The translations under genes and the position numbers were made by a program. A DNA stretch of 63,739 nt, counting the filler, from Hausera hauseri (Eukaryota): NCBI GenBank assembly GCA_046269625.1. It is 10 parts of 10 records of this genome, joined end to end, with 100 filler letters (N's around TTAATTAATTAA, not from the genome) between each part and the next. Parts side by side here need not be neighbours in the genome. Positions count along the whole stretch, not along the records: positions 45,424 to 50,184 come from JBJURY010446246.1; positions 50,285 to 59,651 come from JBJURY010395478.1; positions 59,752 to 63,739 come from JBJURY010837192.1; 7 more parts are not named here. One strand, written 5' to 3'. Below, piece by piece: positions 46,540-60,598 of the stretch. The notes beneath the pieces were generated by a model. The model made no database searches, was not told the DNA's origin, and saw only the letters and a list, made by a program, of their open reading frames with translations. The stretch's first letter is position 1. Every line of letters begins with the position of its first letter.

Positions 46540-49500
46540 CCGCTCCTTTCCCTAACTGCACCGAATTCTTTATTGACAACCAAGGCTCCAGCAAAACTTG
46601 GTTGAAATTCCATCAATTATAGCTGCAGGCAAATAACATTATTGACTCTTTAACTAAAGCACATAATCATTTCTTCTTCCTCCCTAATAATATCAAAACC
46701 CGCATTCACAACATCATCAAAATCTTTCAACTTCCAGACCCATATTCCCAACTTTTTAACGCAGTTCTTAAGATTACAGAACCTTCCATGGACACGATCA
46801 TACAACGTTTCTTCCACGACAACGTTATAGGCACCCAACGACCATTGGAATTCTTACGCACCTCTTTAGCATATCTACATACCCTCGGCGTCACTAGAGA
46901 ATACAACCCAGATCTACTGCGCCATTATTTCCTCAATGCGTTACCTATCCAAATTCGGGCCCTACTTACCGTGGTGGAGGACTCCACGCCGCTTGAGAAA
47001 TTGGCCAAATTAGCCGATAAAACACAATGTCCTACACGTAAATTTACCACCAGTTGTTTCAGCAGCAGTTGCTGCTAACGATATTACATCCATAGAACAA
47101 CAGCTTAATCAGCTACGTGTTGAAAATATTGCACTGCGTGCGACAATCAACAATATCAATAATAAATTAAACAAATTGTCTCTGTCCCGCCGAAGGGTTT
47201 TGCTGCTGACCGCGCCCATTCTGCGTCTAGAAACAGCTCATTATCTCCTGCGCCTTCGTCAATCTGCTATTACCACAGAGATTCAACACTAATGCTGTGA
47301 AGTGCTTCCTAGTGTGCAAGTTTTATAACAAGAATTTTCCTCAGACACCGTTGTTTGCATCTACCCTGCAAGGATCAAAAACCAAGCTCGTAAATGCATT
47401 CCAGGCTGCACTTTCAAATCCAATACAAACGACGGACGTACTACCTTTCCTTCTAATAGTCGTCCTAATTTACGCTTTCAAAAATAACTAAGTCCGCCGC
47501 CAGAAGTCACGGCAAACTCTGGCAAAGGCACTACTTCACTTTCTGAACGCCGACACGTCTCTTTTGCTGTCTTTACTCTAAAGGCTGCAATCACCGCTCC
47601 TACAACGCAATCTGTTGACTTCCTCATCGATACAGGTGCAGTGATTTATTTATTACAACAAACCTTTCCTCTACAAATTTTTTTATTCAGAATTAAACCC
47701 TTATACACTGCTTCAGGCCAACCGCTGCACATTTTTGGCATGGCTAAATTATCTTTCACTTTACAAAATTTTCTCTTACCTTTCCACTGGACGATTACAG
47801 TCGCTAACGTTCAGACGGCAATTCTAGGGTCCGATTTTCTATCACACTATAATTTATTGGTTGACTGCAGTCAGCGATGTTTGAGGAACGGCACCACTGG
47901 CGACATTTATGGGCAAGTCAATAGCATTTCGACTACCGCGCAGTCGACCGGAATGCGGAGGTCAATCTTAAAAAAATCAATGAATAATTCGAATTTTCAT
48001 AACAGTAATTCAATTCGTAAATTTTTAAATAATAATATTGATATTCAATTGAGGTTCGATGTCGATAATTGTGGTACTGCCACCAACGTTAATTCATTTG
48101 ACGAAATCACTTCACCCTACACAATTTTCAATTCGACCATCTTACACCAAATACCATTTGATTGCACATCACCTAACAAGTCACAAATTGCATCCGCTAC
48201 TACTCAAGCCGTTCACCACTTTCACCAAATCTCTCACAGTTACCTACAACTTTACAGCAATTTGTCAACACATCATGTCCACGAGTACTTAAAAAAGATC
48301 GTACGTTTACTCCTGCCAACAGTACTTTACACCATATAGTTACAGCATCAACGACCTGTACGCCAAAAAGTACGGCCTCTAACACCTCGTCGTATACAGG
48401 CCGTAGAAGTCGAATTTCTTGAACTAGAACGATCCGGCATAGTACGCCGTTCCAAATCTCCTTGGTCATCACCTTTACACATTGTACAAAAAGGACGGTA
48501 CCTTTAGACCATGCAGTGACTACCGACAGTTGAACAACTTGACTATCATGGATATTACCCTTTACCACTCATCAAGTACATCTCGCATCGTCTTAATTCA
48601 ACCACCATTTATTCGACCATTGATTTAGCTAAAGCATACCACCAAATACCGGTGGCACCCGAAGACATAGAAAAAACTGTTGTCATTACTCCTTTTGGTC
48701 TCTATGAATACCTGTTTATGCCTTTCGGTTTGCTGAATGCAGCACAAACTTTTCAGCGGCACATTGATTTAGTTCTTTTAGATTTCCCGTTTGCACACTC
48801 TTATATCGATGATATTCTAGTCGTTTCATCTTCGGCCAAACAACACGAGGCACACCTTCGCACAATATTCAAACGTCTTAACCACCATAATCTCCCAGTC
48901 AATTTCGACAAATGCCATTTCTTCAGAAAGCGCATTAACTTTTTAGGCCACGTTATTTTACCAGGCGGTCATTCTCCCCAACCAGATCGATTTGAAGCTC
49001 TCAAAAATATCCAGTTGCCACTTACAACCACGGAAAGAAAAAGTTTCCTCCGTACACTACACTTTGTACATAAATATGTACCATATTGTTCCGAATTGAC
49101 AGCACCATTCGCACACTTAAGCGGCGGCAAAAAACATCAACCCATCCAGTGGACACCTGATTTAGCTGACAAATTGGATAAGCTACGCGAAGGAATTAAG
49201 ACCGTCCATATTCTTGCTTTCCCCAAGCCTGATGCAGAACTAATACTTACTACAGACGCGTCAACCACTGCAGTAGGCGCTGTACTCCACCAGATCTACA
49301 AGGAAGAAAATCAACCACTAGAATTTTTCTATCGCATGCTAACAGCCACTGAAACCAGATATTCAACGTTCAATCGAGAACTATTGGCCATCGTTCTCGC
49401 TTTAAAGCATTCCTCCCACCTACTTGTCTCTCGTCATTTCACTATACAAACCGATCCAAGCCCTTATTTAACATCGTGGCTATGAAACACCCTTCCACAC

Positions 49501-50184
49501 GCAAAGAACGAAAAATATCATACTTATTGACATTTAACTTCGACATTAAACACATTAACGGGGTTAACAATTTGGTTGCTGATTTTTTATCTAGGTCGGT
49601 TAGTTCGATTGATTTTTCGCCGATTTTTACGCACGATCAACTTCAACAGAACCAGCCACCTCAGGACATACTTAATTCTTTTAAGTCTTGAACAGTTGTT
49701 GACCGCGTGGCTTTAGACACTTCCGAACTAGGCCATTTAGTAATAATCTTAGCACTATCATTGCAAAGGCAAACATTTCACAGCGTGCATTCACTACACC
49801 ACCCTGCTGCTAAAGCCACTTTTCGTCTATTCCATCGACAAGTAATTTGGCGGTTAATGCGTTCTGATTTGCAGAAATGGGTTAAGGAGTGTGTGGCTTG
49901 CCAAAAATACAAAACAGCTAAGCATTTAAAGCCAGCACTATTCCACTTTCCCTGCACATCGCGTTTCGAATCCGTGCATATCGACATCGTTGGTCCTCTT
50001 CCTACAGACAACGGACATCAGTTCATCCTCACTATGATGGACCGTTCCTCGCAATGAGCAAAAGCCATCCCTCTGCGGAGCACAAATACCGACACTATAG
50101 CTGACGATTTCATTCGCACATGGATTAGCAGGTTTGGATCACCTCGCTTCATCATCACGGACCAGGGTCCACAGTTTGAATCCA
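46540..50184 (+). mobile_element. CsRn1/Kabuki-clade Gypsy retrotransposon (gag-pol, decayed, 3'-truncated)
   Basis: Gag FLNALP.QIRALL....LEKLAKLAD; CYYH.RF...A.KC...C (CHCC) finger; FLIDTGA; IDLAKAYHQIP; MPFGL.NAAQTFQR; YIDD; TDAS; HSLHHP...C..C; VHIDIVGPLP. Confidence 0.93.
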
Positions 50185-50312
50185 NNNNNNNNNNNNNNNN
50201 NNNNNNNNNNNNNNNNNNNNNNNNNNNNTTAATTAATTAANNNNNNNNNNNNNNNNNNNNNNNNNNNNNNNNNNNNNNNNNNNNTGTGACGCTCAGGTTT
50301 AACGCTTCATTG

Positions 50313-50906
50313 CAGGAGCGGAGCTAAAGTGCCACCTCTGGCACCTGATTGGCCACCCCAGGTGCCTCCACCAAATAATTCACAAGTGGATGGGAATCTT
50401 GGATTTTGTATTTATAATTAGATTTTGTTAAAGAATGCTCTGTACAGTACTATTTAAGTTTAAGATGTTTATGTTTGAATATGGCTGGATTTTAATCCTT
50501 TTTAAAATTAGCATTAGTGGTTACCTCAATTTGGGATTAGCATGGGCGATAGACATGTTATCATTCTTAGCTACTCCACAACAAATTTCATCCTAATAAG
50601 TATTAAAATGGCTGAATTATAGGCTTTTAAAGTTAGCTGTGGAGGCCATATTGAATTTTTGATTAGCATTTGGAATTTGATAAAGATTTTTTTCAACTAC
50701 TTCTGTCTAAAAATGGCTGAATAATAAGTTGAGACATGCATTCAGCAGGATTTTTGGCTCATTCTTAGCCACGATCAGACAAAATTTCAGCTCGCTATTT
50801 CTTAAAACTGAATTAGCTGCCTCAGATTATTTGTATGTGCCCCCCTAAAAAAAGCACCTTGGCCACCCCTGTGCCACCCCTTGCAAAATAATCTAGCTCC
50901 GCTCTG
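50313..50906. mobile_element. Non-autonomous hAT element in a sema4g intron
   Basis: Termini CAGGAGCGGAGCTA and TAGCTCCGCTCTG, flanked by the 8-bp duplication CTTCATTG (50305-50312, 50907-50914). Confidence 0.88.
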
Positions 50907-50950
50907 CTTCATTGCTTCCCTGCTTCAATGAAATCGTCTTTCTCCACCAG

Positions 50951-52873
50951 ATGAGCGTGTACGCCAGTTCTGAGTCAGGTGTGATTCAGCTGCCGCTCTC
51001 CAACTGTCCCAGATACTCTTCCTGCTTCGAATGCATCTTCACCAGAGATCCTGACTGCGCCTGGGACGGAGCTGAGTGCGTGGACGTGATGACGCAGGCA
51101 AACAGGTGACAGTGGAAAGCTGTGTGTGATCGGATCAGTTGAATGAAGTGTTTGTTAGTGTAGTGTTATTATGTTGACCTGAGTTACCTGAAGTACCGCC
51201 ATGCTCTGTCACTCTGTCAACACCCAGAACTGTTGCGTAACCAACCAGGCTGCAGAAACTCAACCCTGCTGTAATAATAAACATGTTGTGCCGCTTTAAG
51301 CGTACTGATTAATGTAGACAGAGATGCTTCGTCAGTATAAAGCAGCTGTGAACGATACTACAGATATAAATAAATCATCTTTATTCTGTGCATTAATGCG
51401 CTCACTGTTTTCTGTTTCTTCTTTCCACAGATCCACTTTAATCCAAGACATCCACCAAGGCAGAACTGGCTGTGAGAAAACACAATACAGTAAGTCGAAT
51501 TCTCATCTAAAGCTTGATCGTGCCGCTTTGAAAAAGTTTGCTTTGACATGTAGAAACAAGATTAAAAATAGCAAATTTAAAGCTGAAAAGATGCAAAGTT
51601 GTCATCAGACAGCGTGAAGGCCTCTTTGAAGGTTGATTATATGGATGGTGTTGGCAAAAAGCTCTCCTCCCTTCTTTAATAACATCTTTGCCTTCTCTGG
51701 AGAGAAACGTGTTTGATATTCAAGGCAGGCAAATGCCTTCTCCCCACTTATCAGTTTCAATCTGCTGAAATGTACCATCTTCTCCTTCTCTCTCTCCCTC
51801 ATTGAGGTAATATAATGAGAGGATTGAAATTGTTTCTAATTGGACCTCTTGCCATGATAAGTCCTATAGATGTTAAGTAATTAGTTTATGTTTCAGGTGT
51901 TGTCCAGCGGAGCCGCTCTGTGCGGGTTGGTAATGACGTCCTGCTGCAGTGCGAGCTCAGTTCTAACCTGGCGACGCCTCTGTGGACGCTGAATGGTACC
52001 GAGGTGCAGGGCTACGATCTCAACTCGGGCTTCCGAACCGGGACGGATGGGCTGCTGATCATCGAGGCCCGGCAGGACCAGAGCGGCTTCTACACATGTC
52101 ACGCTGTAGAGAACAACATCAAGGTCGCTGTTGTGACCTACAATGTAACCGTCGACCTTGATCTGCCCCCTCCACCAGGTGAGCCTACTCACAGCCCCGC
52201 TGTAACGCTGCCAGCTCCATCCAACGGTTCTTCATCTGAGAACTCCTCCACTGAGGACCACGGATCACCACTCCTCCTGCTGTCGCCTAAGAACATGGAG
52301 GCGGTCTATCTGTCCCTCATCACCGTCCTGGCCACCCTTTGTGTGGTGCTCTGCGTGGTCCTGGCTTACGTGGGCTTCTGCTTGCGAGCTGGACAGCGTG
52401 GGAAGTACTCGGTGCGCGCCGCAGCTGCAGCCCACCCAAGCAGCAAGAAGAACAGAAAACATCCCAGAAACTCTTCTTTAAAGGAGGTAAAGACCGTCTC
52501 CAGTTACTGCAACGGCAACGGCCTTTATAACGGAGTTTCAAAGCACCAAAATGCCGATGTTCCAGACGAGGGCTTCCTGCATATCGTCCCCGGTGAGGGT
52601 CAGACCTCCCTCAATAAAGAGCCTCCTCCCCCAGCGCCCCCTCTCCCTCCCACCTCACAGTTTTCCTCCCCAGAGTGTGACTTTCCCAACGGGCTCTCAG
52701 CGACATTGCCCAGCGTTTTGAGGAGGATGAACGGGAACAGCTACGTGTTGCTGCGGCAGAGTGACTCTGAAACATCCCCGCTCTGCAACCCCTTTGCCGA
52801 GGAGCTCAATAAGATTTTAGAGAAGAGGAAACACACTCTGCTGCTGCCCAGACCCGATGAGAGCTCTGTGTAG
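50951..52873 (+). CDS. sema4g: Semaphorin-4G (teleost), last three coding exons 50951-51105, 51431-51489, 51897-52873: PSI, Ig, TM, PDZ-binding tail
   Basis: CPRYSSCFECIFTRDPDCAW (PSI), LQCELSSNLA...W...YTC (Ig), a TM helix, MNGNSYVLLRQ and FAEEL..ILEKRKHT...DESSV. GT-AG junctions keep the frame. Confidence 0.92.
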
Positions 52874-55237
52874 AGAGGTGCCGCTCTGTTTTAGACTCTG
52901 ACTGTGTTTCTAACCTGTGCCTGTTACCATGACTCATCATTGTTGTGGACTAAAGCAATGAAGGAGTCTTATGTACATGTTTTTTTGTTTGTTTTGTTTT
53001 TGGACAGTTTCACTTTTAGAAATTCCTGCTTTCTGAACCTAACAGCTCTTTTTCAATACGAATTACTTATTTCCCAACACAGCACAAATGAAAATGAGAA
53101 ATCTCTGCAAAGGCCCAGAGAATCAAACAGAAAAAAACGTGCAATCTACCTCACCTCAACACTGCCTAGAGAGAGAAAGACTGAATTATCACGGATCTGT
53201 GAGGAGCAAAGCAGGATAAACAGGCTCTAACAAGGACTGTGGGCACATGGGAGCACAGATACATAAGAGATGTTGATTTATACTGTTGGGCAGCTAGCCT
53301 CAGTCTGTTTGCACTGACAAGTGCACCGTTGTCCTATGCATTATTAAAACACGCCATTCATTCACTTATAAATATTGATAAAAATGGAAGCAGTGAGAAG
53401 GGGAAGTTTGATTTTATTTCTAACAGATATAAGAGCTTTTATTTTGACGTTGCAGCTGCTGCTAACCACACGTAGTCATTGTTTTTCTGATCAGATTGAT
53501 GTGATAATTCCTAATGTCATTGATCTGCTTCACAAGAGACTCTACCGTCTGTGATATTCCACGTCTTGCTTTACAGCCTTCATGACATTAGAGCGGTTCA
53601 GGTTCTAGTTAGAGAGGCCTCCTATCAGGCAGAAGACATGACGAGACTTGTCGTCCTCAGCTGTTTTTCAAGGCGGTGCAGTCCAAGACTGTTGGAATCT
53701 GGAAAGGAACTCAAGTACCACAACAGCAGCAAGATGAACAACCTGCTTTAATGAACTAAACCACAATTTTAAAAGAACCTATATACTATCAGCACATTTA
53801 TCTAACTGCCATAGCAAAATAAAAACACAATGCAACACACAAGGACTAAACGGTGAACTGATCATTATTTAGTATCATTAATCATACACTCTAAGCAGTT
53901 TTTGTCAAATTAATAGATATAGTTTTGTCAAAATAATATAATAAATCTGTGAATAATTACATTATATGTGACAGAGCTCTAATATTTGCATGCACAGACT
54001 AATATGTTAAAAAGTAAATCATGTCAAAGCCATGGTTTATTTATTTTTTAACATTTTTGTTTTCTACAAGACAAATATATGCAGGAATTGTCAAACTCCT
54101 ATAGTTAAAGAATAATATTAAATAATGATTATGTCACCAAATGCTGATATACTAACATCAGCCTGTTTAAACTGTCTGTTTAAAGCACTTTAAACACCTG
54201 TTTTAATGTACTTTGGGAAAGTTAATGAACACTATTGTTAAATGTAAGCCCAAAGAAGGTTTTGCCCTTTTCTCTGTGCAACTGTGGAGTCTGTGGCTGT
54301 GTCTGCAGGACGCTGGTCGACACAATGGATCTAAGAAAAACACTGAATGAGTCCCAACCCACCGCTGAGTGATGCCCAGCGTGAGATGGCAGCACAGACC
54401 GGCAGACTGTGGAGCACTGAAAGCATCCAAGGGTAATAGTTTTTCCTTCCTACCAACACACCTCGAACACGGGGGTACTTAACCAAACAGACACTTTAAG
54501 GCAGGCATCTTCGAGTTAAGAGCCAATAATCACAGAAAACGCCGCAAGCTCAATGTATCTCTCAGTCGACTGAATTTACATTCGCTTGTTTGCAGACAGC
54601 TTGTTGATATGACAGCTGTTTATAATTTGTGGGGAAGGTTTGGAGTGTCCCAAATGGAAACATCTGCTGGTGTCTGGTTCACACGAACGCTTTGTCACCG
54701 AGGACAAACTTACAGTCTAACAGAGTCATTCATGTGTGAGAGACGAAGGTGGTGGAATAAGCACCAGATTTAATTTCTAGAAGTGGATTTTAACTTCTGA
54801 CTTATATGAATCTCATTAGTCCAGCTCACTTTACTCGTACGGCAGATTTATTGTTGCGCAGATTCGGTCATTATCTCGTTCAGTCTCACAAGTTTTATTT
54901 TCTGGATGAGTCGCTGCGTCTCCGTCTGTCAGAGCGTGGCAGTAATTAAGCATTCATCCTGCGACGTGTAGACCTCAGTGGAAAGACAGAGCTGTCCCCA
55001 GACATTTACACTCTGCTCCAATCTCAAATTCCCAATTATTTTCTTGTACCCTTGGGCTTAGGATGTGAAGGTTTTTTATCATTACTGTGTCTGATAAAAT
55101 GTAAATGCAGGAATAAGTGCACCCTTACAAACACATAAAGCAATCCTACATCTCAGTAGATACCCTGACTGAACTGAGCATGACGGTAATAAAAGAAGTG
55201 GGGATTTAAATGACCCCACTTTTTACGTTGTACTGTA

Positions 55238-56565
55238 CAAGCCCAATTCCAGTGAAGTTGGGATGTCGTGTAAAACATGAATAAAAAACTGAATATGTTG
55301 ATTTTCATTTTTTTTCAACTTATATTCAATTAAATACATTTCAAAGACAAGATATTTAATTTTTAGATTGTTTTTTTTTTTTCAAATATTCACTCAATTT
55401 GAAGTCGATGCCTGCAAAACGTTACAAAAAAGGTGGCATGTTTACCTCTGTGTTACATCATCTTGCCTTTTAACAACACTCAATAAGCGTTTTGGAACTG
55501 ATGACACCAACTGTTGAAGCTTTGTAGGTGCAATTCTTTCCCATACTTGCTTGATGTACAACTTCAGTTGCTCAACAGTCCGGGGGTCTCCGTTCTGGTA
55601 TTTTGTGCTTCATAATGCTCCACAATGAGCTTCCTTCGTAGGGTGGCCGGGCTCAGTCTTAGAAATAGGGTGAGGAGCTCCGTCATCTGAGCTCGGAGTA
55701 GAGATGCTGCTCCTCCACATTGAAAGGAGTCAGTTAAGGTGTTCCGGGCATCTGATTAGGACGCCTCCCTTTAGAGGTGTTCTGGGCACGTCTCACTGGT
55801 AGGAGGCCCCGGGGAAGACCCAGGACTCGCTGAAGGGATTATGCACCCTCTCTAGCCTGGGAACGCTTCAGGGTCCCTCAGGACGAGCTGGAAAGTGTCA
55901 CTGGGGAGAGGATGTCTGGGTTTCTCTCCTGGACCTCTTGCCTCAGCGACCTCACTACGGATAAGTGGAAGAAAATGGAGATGGAGATGGAGATAATGCT
56001 CCACACATTTTCAATGGGAGACAGCCCTGGACTGCAGGCAGGCCAGTCTAGTATCCACACTCTTACTGCAAAGCAACACTTTTGTAATGTGCAGAATGAG
56101 GCTTGGCATTGACTTGCTAAAATAAGCAGGGACGTCACTGAAAACGACGGCACTTGAGCAACCTTAAAAATAGGCTAAAGTCACAACAGACGAAATCCCT
56201 AAAATCCTTGCAGTTGTACATTGAGAAACATTGTTTCTAAACTTTTTGCTCACTCAAGCCTCATCCTTGCTTGTGAACTGAGCCTTTCGGGGATGCTCCC
56301 TTTTTTTACCCAACCATGACACCCACCTGTTTCCAATCATCTGTAAAATGCTCCATACAGGTGTTTTTTAACATTACTAGCTTTTTGGGAACATGCTGCA
56401 TCCAATATTTGCAATAAAACAATAAAGTTTATCTGTTTGAACATTTAATATATTATCTTTCTAGTGTATTCAACTGAATATAAGTTGAAAAGAATTTGCA
56501 AATCATTTTATTCTGTTTTTATTCAAGTTTTACACAACGTCTCATCATCCTTGGAAATGAGGTTG
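55238..56565. mobile_element. Deleted fish Tc1-like DNA transposon
   Basis: Long inverted termini (CAAGCCCAATTCCAGTGAAGTTGGGA... and ...TTGGAAATGAGGTTG) with TA on both sides. Minus-strand LDWPACSPGLSPIENVW is a transposase motif. Confidence 0.9.
55625..55992 (+). mobile_element. 5'-truncated RTE-clade LINE (Rex3/Expander-like) nested in the Tc1 element
   Basis: (GATGGA)n tail and the 13-bp target duplication ATAATGCTCCACA (55612-55624, 55993-56005). Confidence 0.85.
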
Positions 56566-59500
56566 TATATTAAAGGTCATTTTTTGGTTGCAGGAGAAGG
56601 AGAATTCAAGTGAACTAAAAGTCAGGAAGCAGCTGCAGCACTGTCACGGTCTTCAAAGTCATCTTTGTCACTTAAATATATTTTGTCATCTGTCTTGTCT
56701 GCAGGTATGATGTGCTCAGGCTGGTCTGAATCCCTTCCAGCGTCAGTCTCATGAAGATCTTCTTGCACTGCACATCAGCCAGCAGGATCCGCTGCGGAGG
56801 TGGGCTTTTAATGAGCAACAGAACAAAACACACCTTTTGTAAAAAGACGTCAAGGCCAAAAGCGAGGTGACATAAACTTCAGAGTTGAAAATGGAGATTG
56901 TTATTTGTCCAGGCGGCTCATCTTTGTGAGCAGACAGTGTCCTTGTCCCTGTTTCGATGCTGACTTGTTGGACCAAAATTGTTTTTTTCCTCGCTGCATG
57001 AATGATGTTTGAGCAGCACTGTTAGAAAAAGAACAAAACCAGCTCATTTTATTCTAAAAGAAAAGTGCCAAGGTTGATGTTTCAATATGCTTCATGAGCC
57101 TATTTTGTTGCAAAACTAGAAAAAAAAGGAGGCATGTATTCATTTTGTAATTTTGTACATTGTGCATCTTGAAACTAATGTTTGTGTTGTTAAAGTGCCA
57201 CATGTGAGACAAATCCAATTTCCTGTTGCACAAAACCTTATAAATAGAAGCACATAAAAGCATGCAGAGGCTGTACCGGCACCACGGAAATGAATCTTTT
57301 TATCCAGATAATAGGAGAGAAATACGCAGAATTATGTAGAAATGTCACCATTTTTCTAAGATCTTATAAAAAGGTTGCTCTGCTGTTTTCTCACTTTAAT
57401 ATGTACTCGATCTTTTTAATGTCAGTTTGCATGCAGAACCTTATTTTCCCAAACTAATACAAGAAATAACATGGAAGGCAGCAGTATCCTTCACATTTCA
57501 CAAATTTAAATAAAAAATTATATCGGAACTCTTTTTTTTCTACCGTTTTTTGTGTGTTTGTTACTGTCAAATGAAACAATCCTTGTTTCATTTGATTACC
57601 AGATTACCAGAATTTGACTGTTAATTTCTCTACAACAAAAAAGAGGTGTCTGCTTTGGATATGGAAGCAGGCCCGAGTTCCTCCAGCACCTCACACACCG
57701 GTGTGGAAAATGTAGCTGAGAGCTCCACGTCTCTGGACTGGGTCGGAGCCAGGACGGCGGTGTTGTTGACAAAAGCCACTCACACTGGGGATGACACTGT
57801 GACGGCATCGAGGTGGAAAATGTGACCTCAGTCGATGCAGCTTTTTGTGAAACGAGCATCTGTTTTCACTTCCAATCAAAGCTTTTTTGGAGCCTCTCCC
57901 TTGGAGTGGATTAATAAACGCCCACAGACTTTGCCATCTTTCAGGTGAGCTTCTCTCATGTTTCTATGCAAGAAGGCGACACCCAACTTTTACAAAATGT
58001 TTCTGTTCTTTTGTTTTCCCAGCAGCACAACAACAACAAAAAAGCCTGTAAATAGGAAGGAAGTGTCATGCACACAGGGTGACATCATGTAACAGAGCCA
58101 GCTACCTGCTGTGGTTACAGCCTGACATGTGATGAACAAACAGTCATGGCTGCTCAGTTATTTCTGGAAAGCCATCTTAGATTTAACGGAATCAACGAAA
58201 GCAGCTTGTTCTGTTGGGGAGAAGTTTAAGCTGCTATTCTTATCAGATTTGTAGTTTCAGCTCTTATTTGATAAGAATTAGAGCAGCTTTTGTTGATGAC
58301 TGGGTGTTCTGACACAAACTGTGTCTAAAGTCAGATAATGTGTACCTAAAAACTATAAAAACATTATTATTTAAAACTAAAATAGAACTGAAATCAGTAC
58401 AAAAACTAGATTGAATACTTGCAGTATTTGCTTTGTAAAGCATGAGCAATTTTAGTTCATTAAAAGGAGACAAATGCTCTAAACACTCGTTTCCCCATTT
58501 AAATCATTCAGTTGGGGTCTATATAAAGTGGAACTGCAATGCTTTGGTCTGAATTACTCCTTATTGTAACTCCACAAGCCCCTCTGTTACCTCTTTTCTG
58601 AGGTATTTCTCAGATCAACTTGAATATAAAGATATCTCCGCAGCACTGGGAGAAACTAAATTCAAAGTTTCCACACTCCTAAAGGCAACATACAGCATTT
58701 AATGGCTAAAAAAGTAAATTTTGTACTATATGTCCCGTTTAAGGTGTTTTTTGAACGCAGGAATGAAAATAGGGTTTGTGAGGGATGTTGAGGCAGTTCT
58801 GTTGATCCTGCAGTGTGTGTAATTCAGTTAAAAAGATTTTAAATGCGTTAGAAAAAGGCTCATGTCTGTCATTCTGCACAGTGAAGCAAGAAAAGTGACT
58901 TATATGTGCATTTCAGCTTCAGCTGCTTCTGCTCTCTCAGCACTTCAGATAATTAATTTAACATCAGATCAGCTAATACCCCCACATCACAGAATCCAAT
59001 CCTGAACATCTCTGCTACCTTTGACTGAGGGAGGAGCACAACATGTTTAGTTTCTGTTAGGTTAAGTTTATTAAAAAGGCTGCTGTGTTTGTTACTACAT
59101 GTTCAACTTAGTCTACAGCCTCATGTTGCAATAACGACACGCAGAAGCTGCAAACCACTTAATGAAGACGTGTTTAATTGGTATTTTAATTTCACCACTT
59201 TATTATAATAGTTTTGAATTCTCTTGCTAATGATCCTGTTTTCTATTCTTACACTGCCTATAGCTATTACCAAAATACTACAAAGCAGTTAGTTGTCAAA
59301 ACACCAGAGACAAAATTTTAGACGAGGGTAAATATGCTCTATTTAAATGTTTTATTCTGTCTCTGCAGCAGAGTTGACTTTCCAGCCCTTCATCCTGAGC
59401 TCCTCACTGTAAATTGTTGGCATCATTAAAATTCTGCAGGCTGTTTCTTGGAAGGTTTGGCAGGGAAACCTCAGCCAGTGTTTTTTGTTTTGTTTTTATT

Positions 59501-60598
59501 TTTTTTATCAAAATAATCAAAAAATACTCCCAGACTTATTATGGTGGCCTATTAAGACAGGTCCTTAAAATATCGTGATGCCTTCTTTCATTTGAAAGAT
59601 ACCAAGAGCATCTGAACCCTGATTCAGAGCCAGAAATGAGCCGTTCCTAATNNNNNNNNNNNNNNNNNNNNNNNNNNNNNNNNNNNNNNNNNNNNTTAAT
59701 TAATTAANNNNNNNNNNNNNNNNNNNNNNNNNNNNNNNNNNNNNNNNNNNNAAATAAACTGACAATTGCAAATATGACAGAGAAATATAAGAATAAATGT
59801 TGAAACCAATATTAGTAGGAAAACTTCTGTTGTCAATCATTCGTTTTTATTCTTGTGCGAAAACGATATATTTACAGAAACAACTAAAAAAGTAATAAAC
59901 CCATTAATGACCCAGGCCCGGGTAAAATACGTGGTAAAATGCATCCTTTTACCGTCAGTCTTGTGATACAAAATTGTCTACTATTAATTTCGCTAATCTT
60001 AGAGCCTTTAATGAACTATACCAAACCAGTTCCATAGTATGAAAAGTATGCCAACCAATAAATCCGCATACATGCTTACGTCCAATTTTGTTATTTGACT
60101 TTGTTTGTTGATATGCAGTATCACGGTAAAAGTTTATAGAATTGGTTCCCACTTTTTACCTGTTGTATTTTAACAGCTGAAGCACAAGAATTCACTACAT
60201 ACTCCGCATAACAATAATTGGAACAGCTCGGATTGCAACAATTGTGTTAATTTGATTCAAATTTATCGGTGACTCATTGTTTAGTTGGGTTGGAAGCAGT
60301 TGAAAGTTACGTTTTGTGTGTAATTATAATTTACACCACAATTTGTCGTGATTATCTGTATTGCAATAGCGAAGAACAGATTTACTTCAATTGTATACAT
60401 ATTGTAAGTTGAATCAAGCAATAGAGCTTTCTATAAGCTTGAAGTGCGAAATTGTGCCAACTATGGCTCTGAGAGTTAGATTCTAACTAAAAAAAATATT
60501 TATAACATTGCAAATTGCTCATTTAAATCTTTGTTCAATGTTATTATTTAGTCACTAATCCTTTCTTATATGTAAATCTGATTTCATTAAACATATAG

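Noticed and set aside
52904-58473. Short ORFs downstream of sema4g
   Set aside because: 3' UTR, intergenic or repeat-derived sequence with no supportable product.
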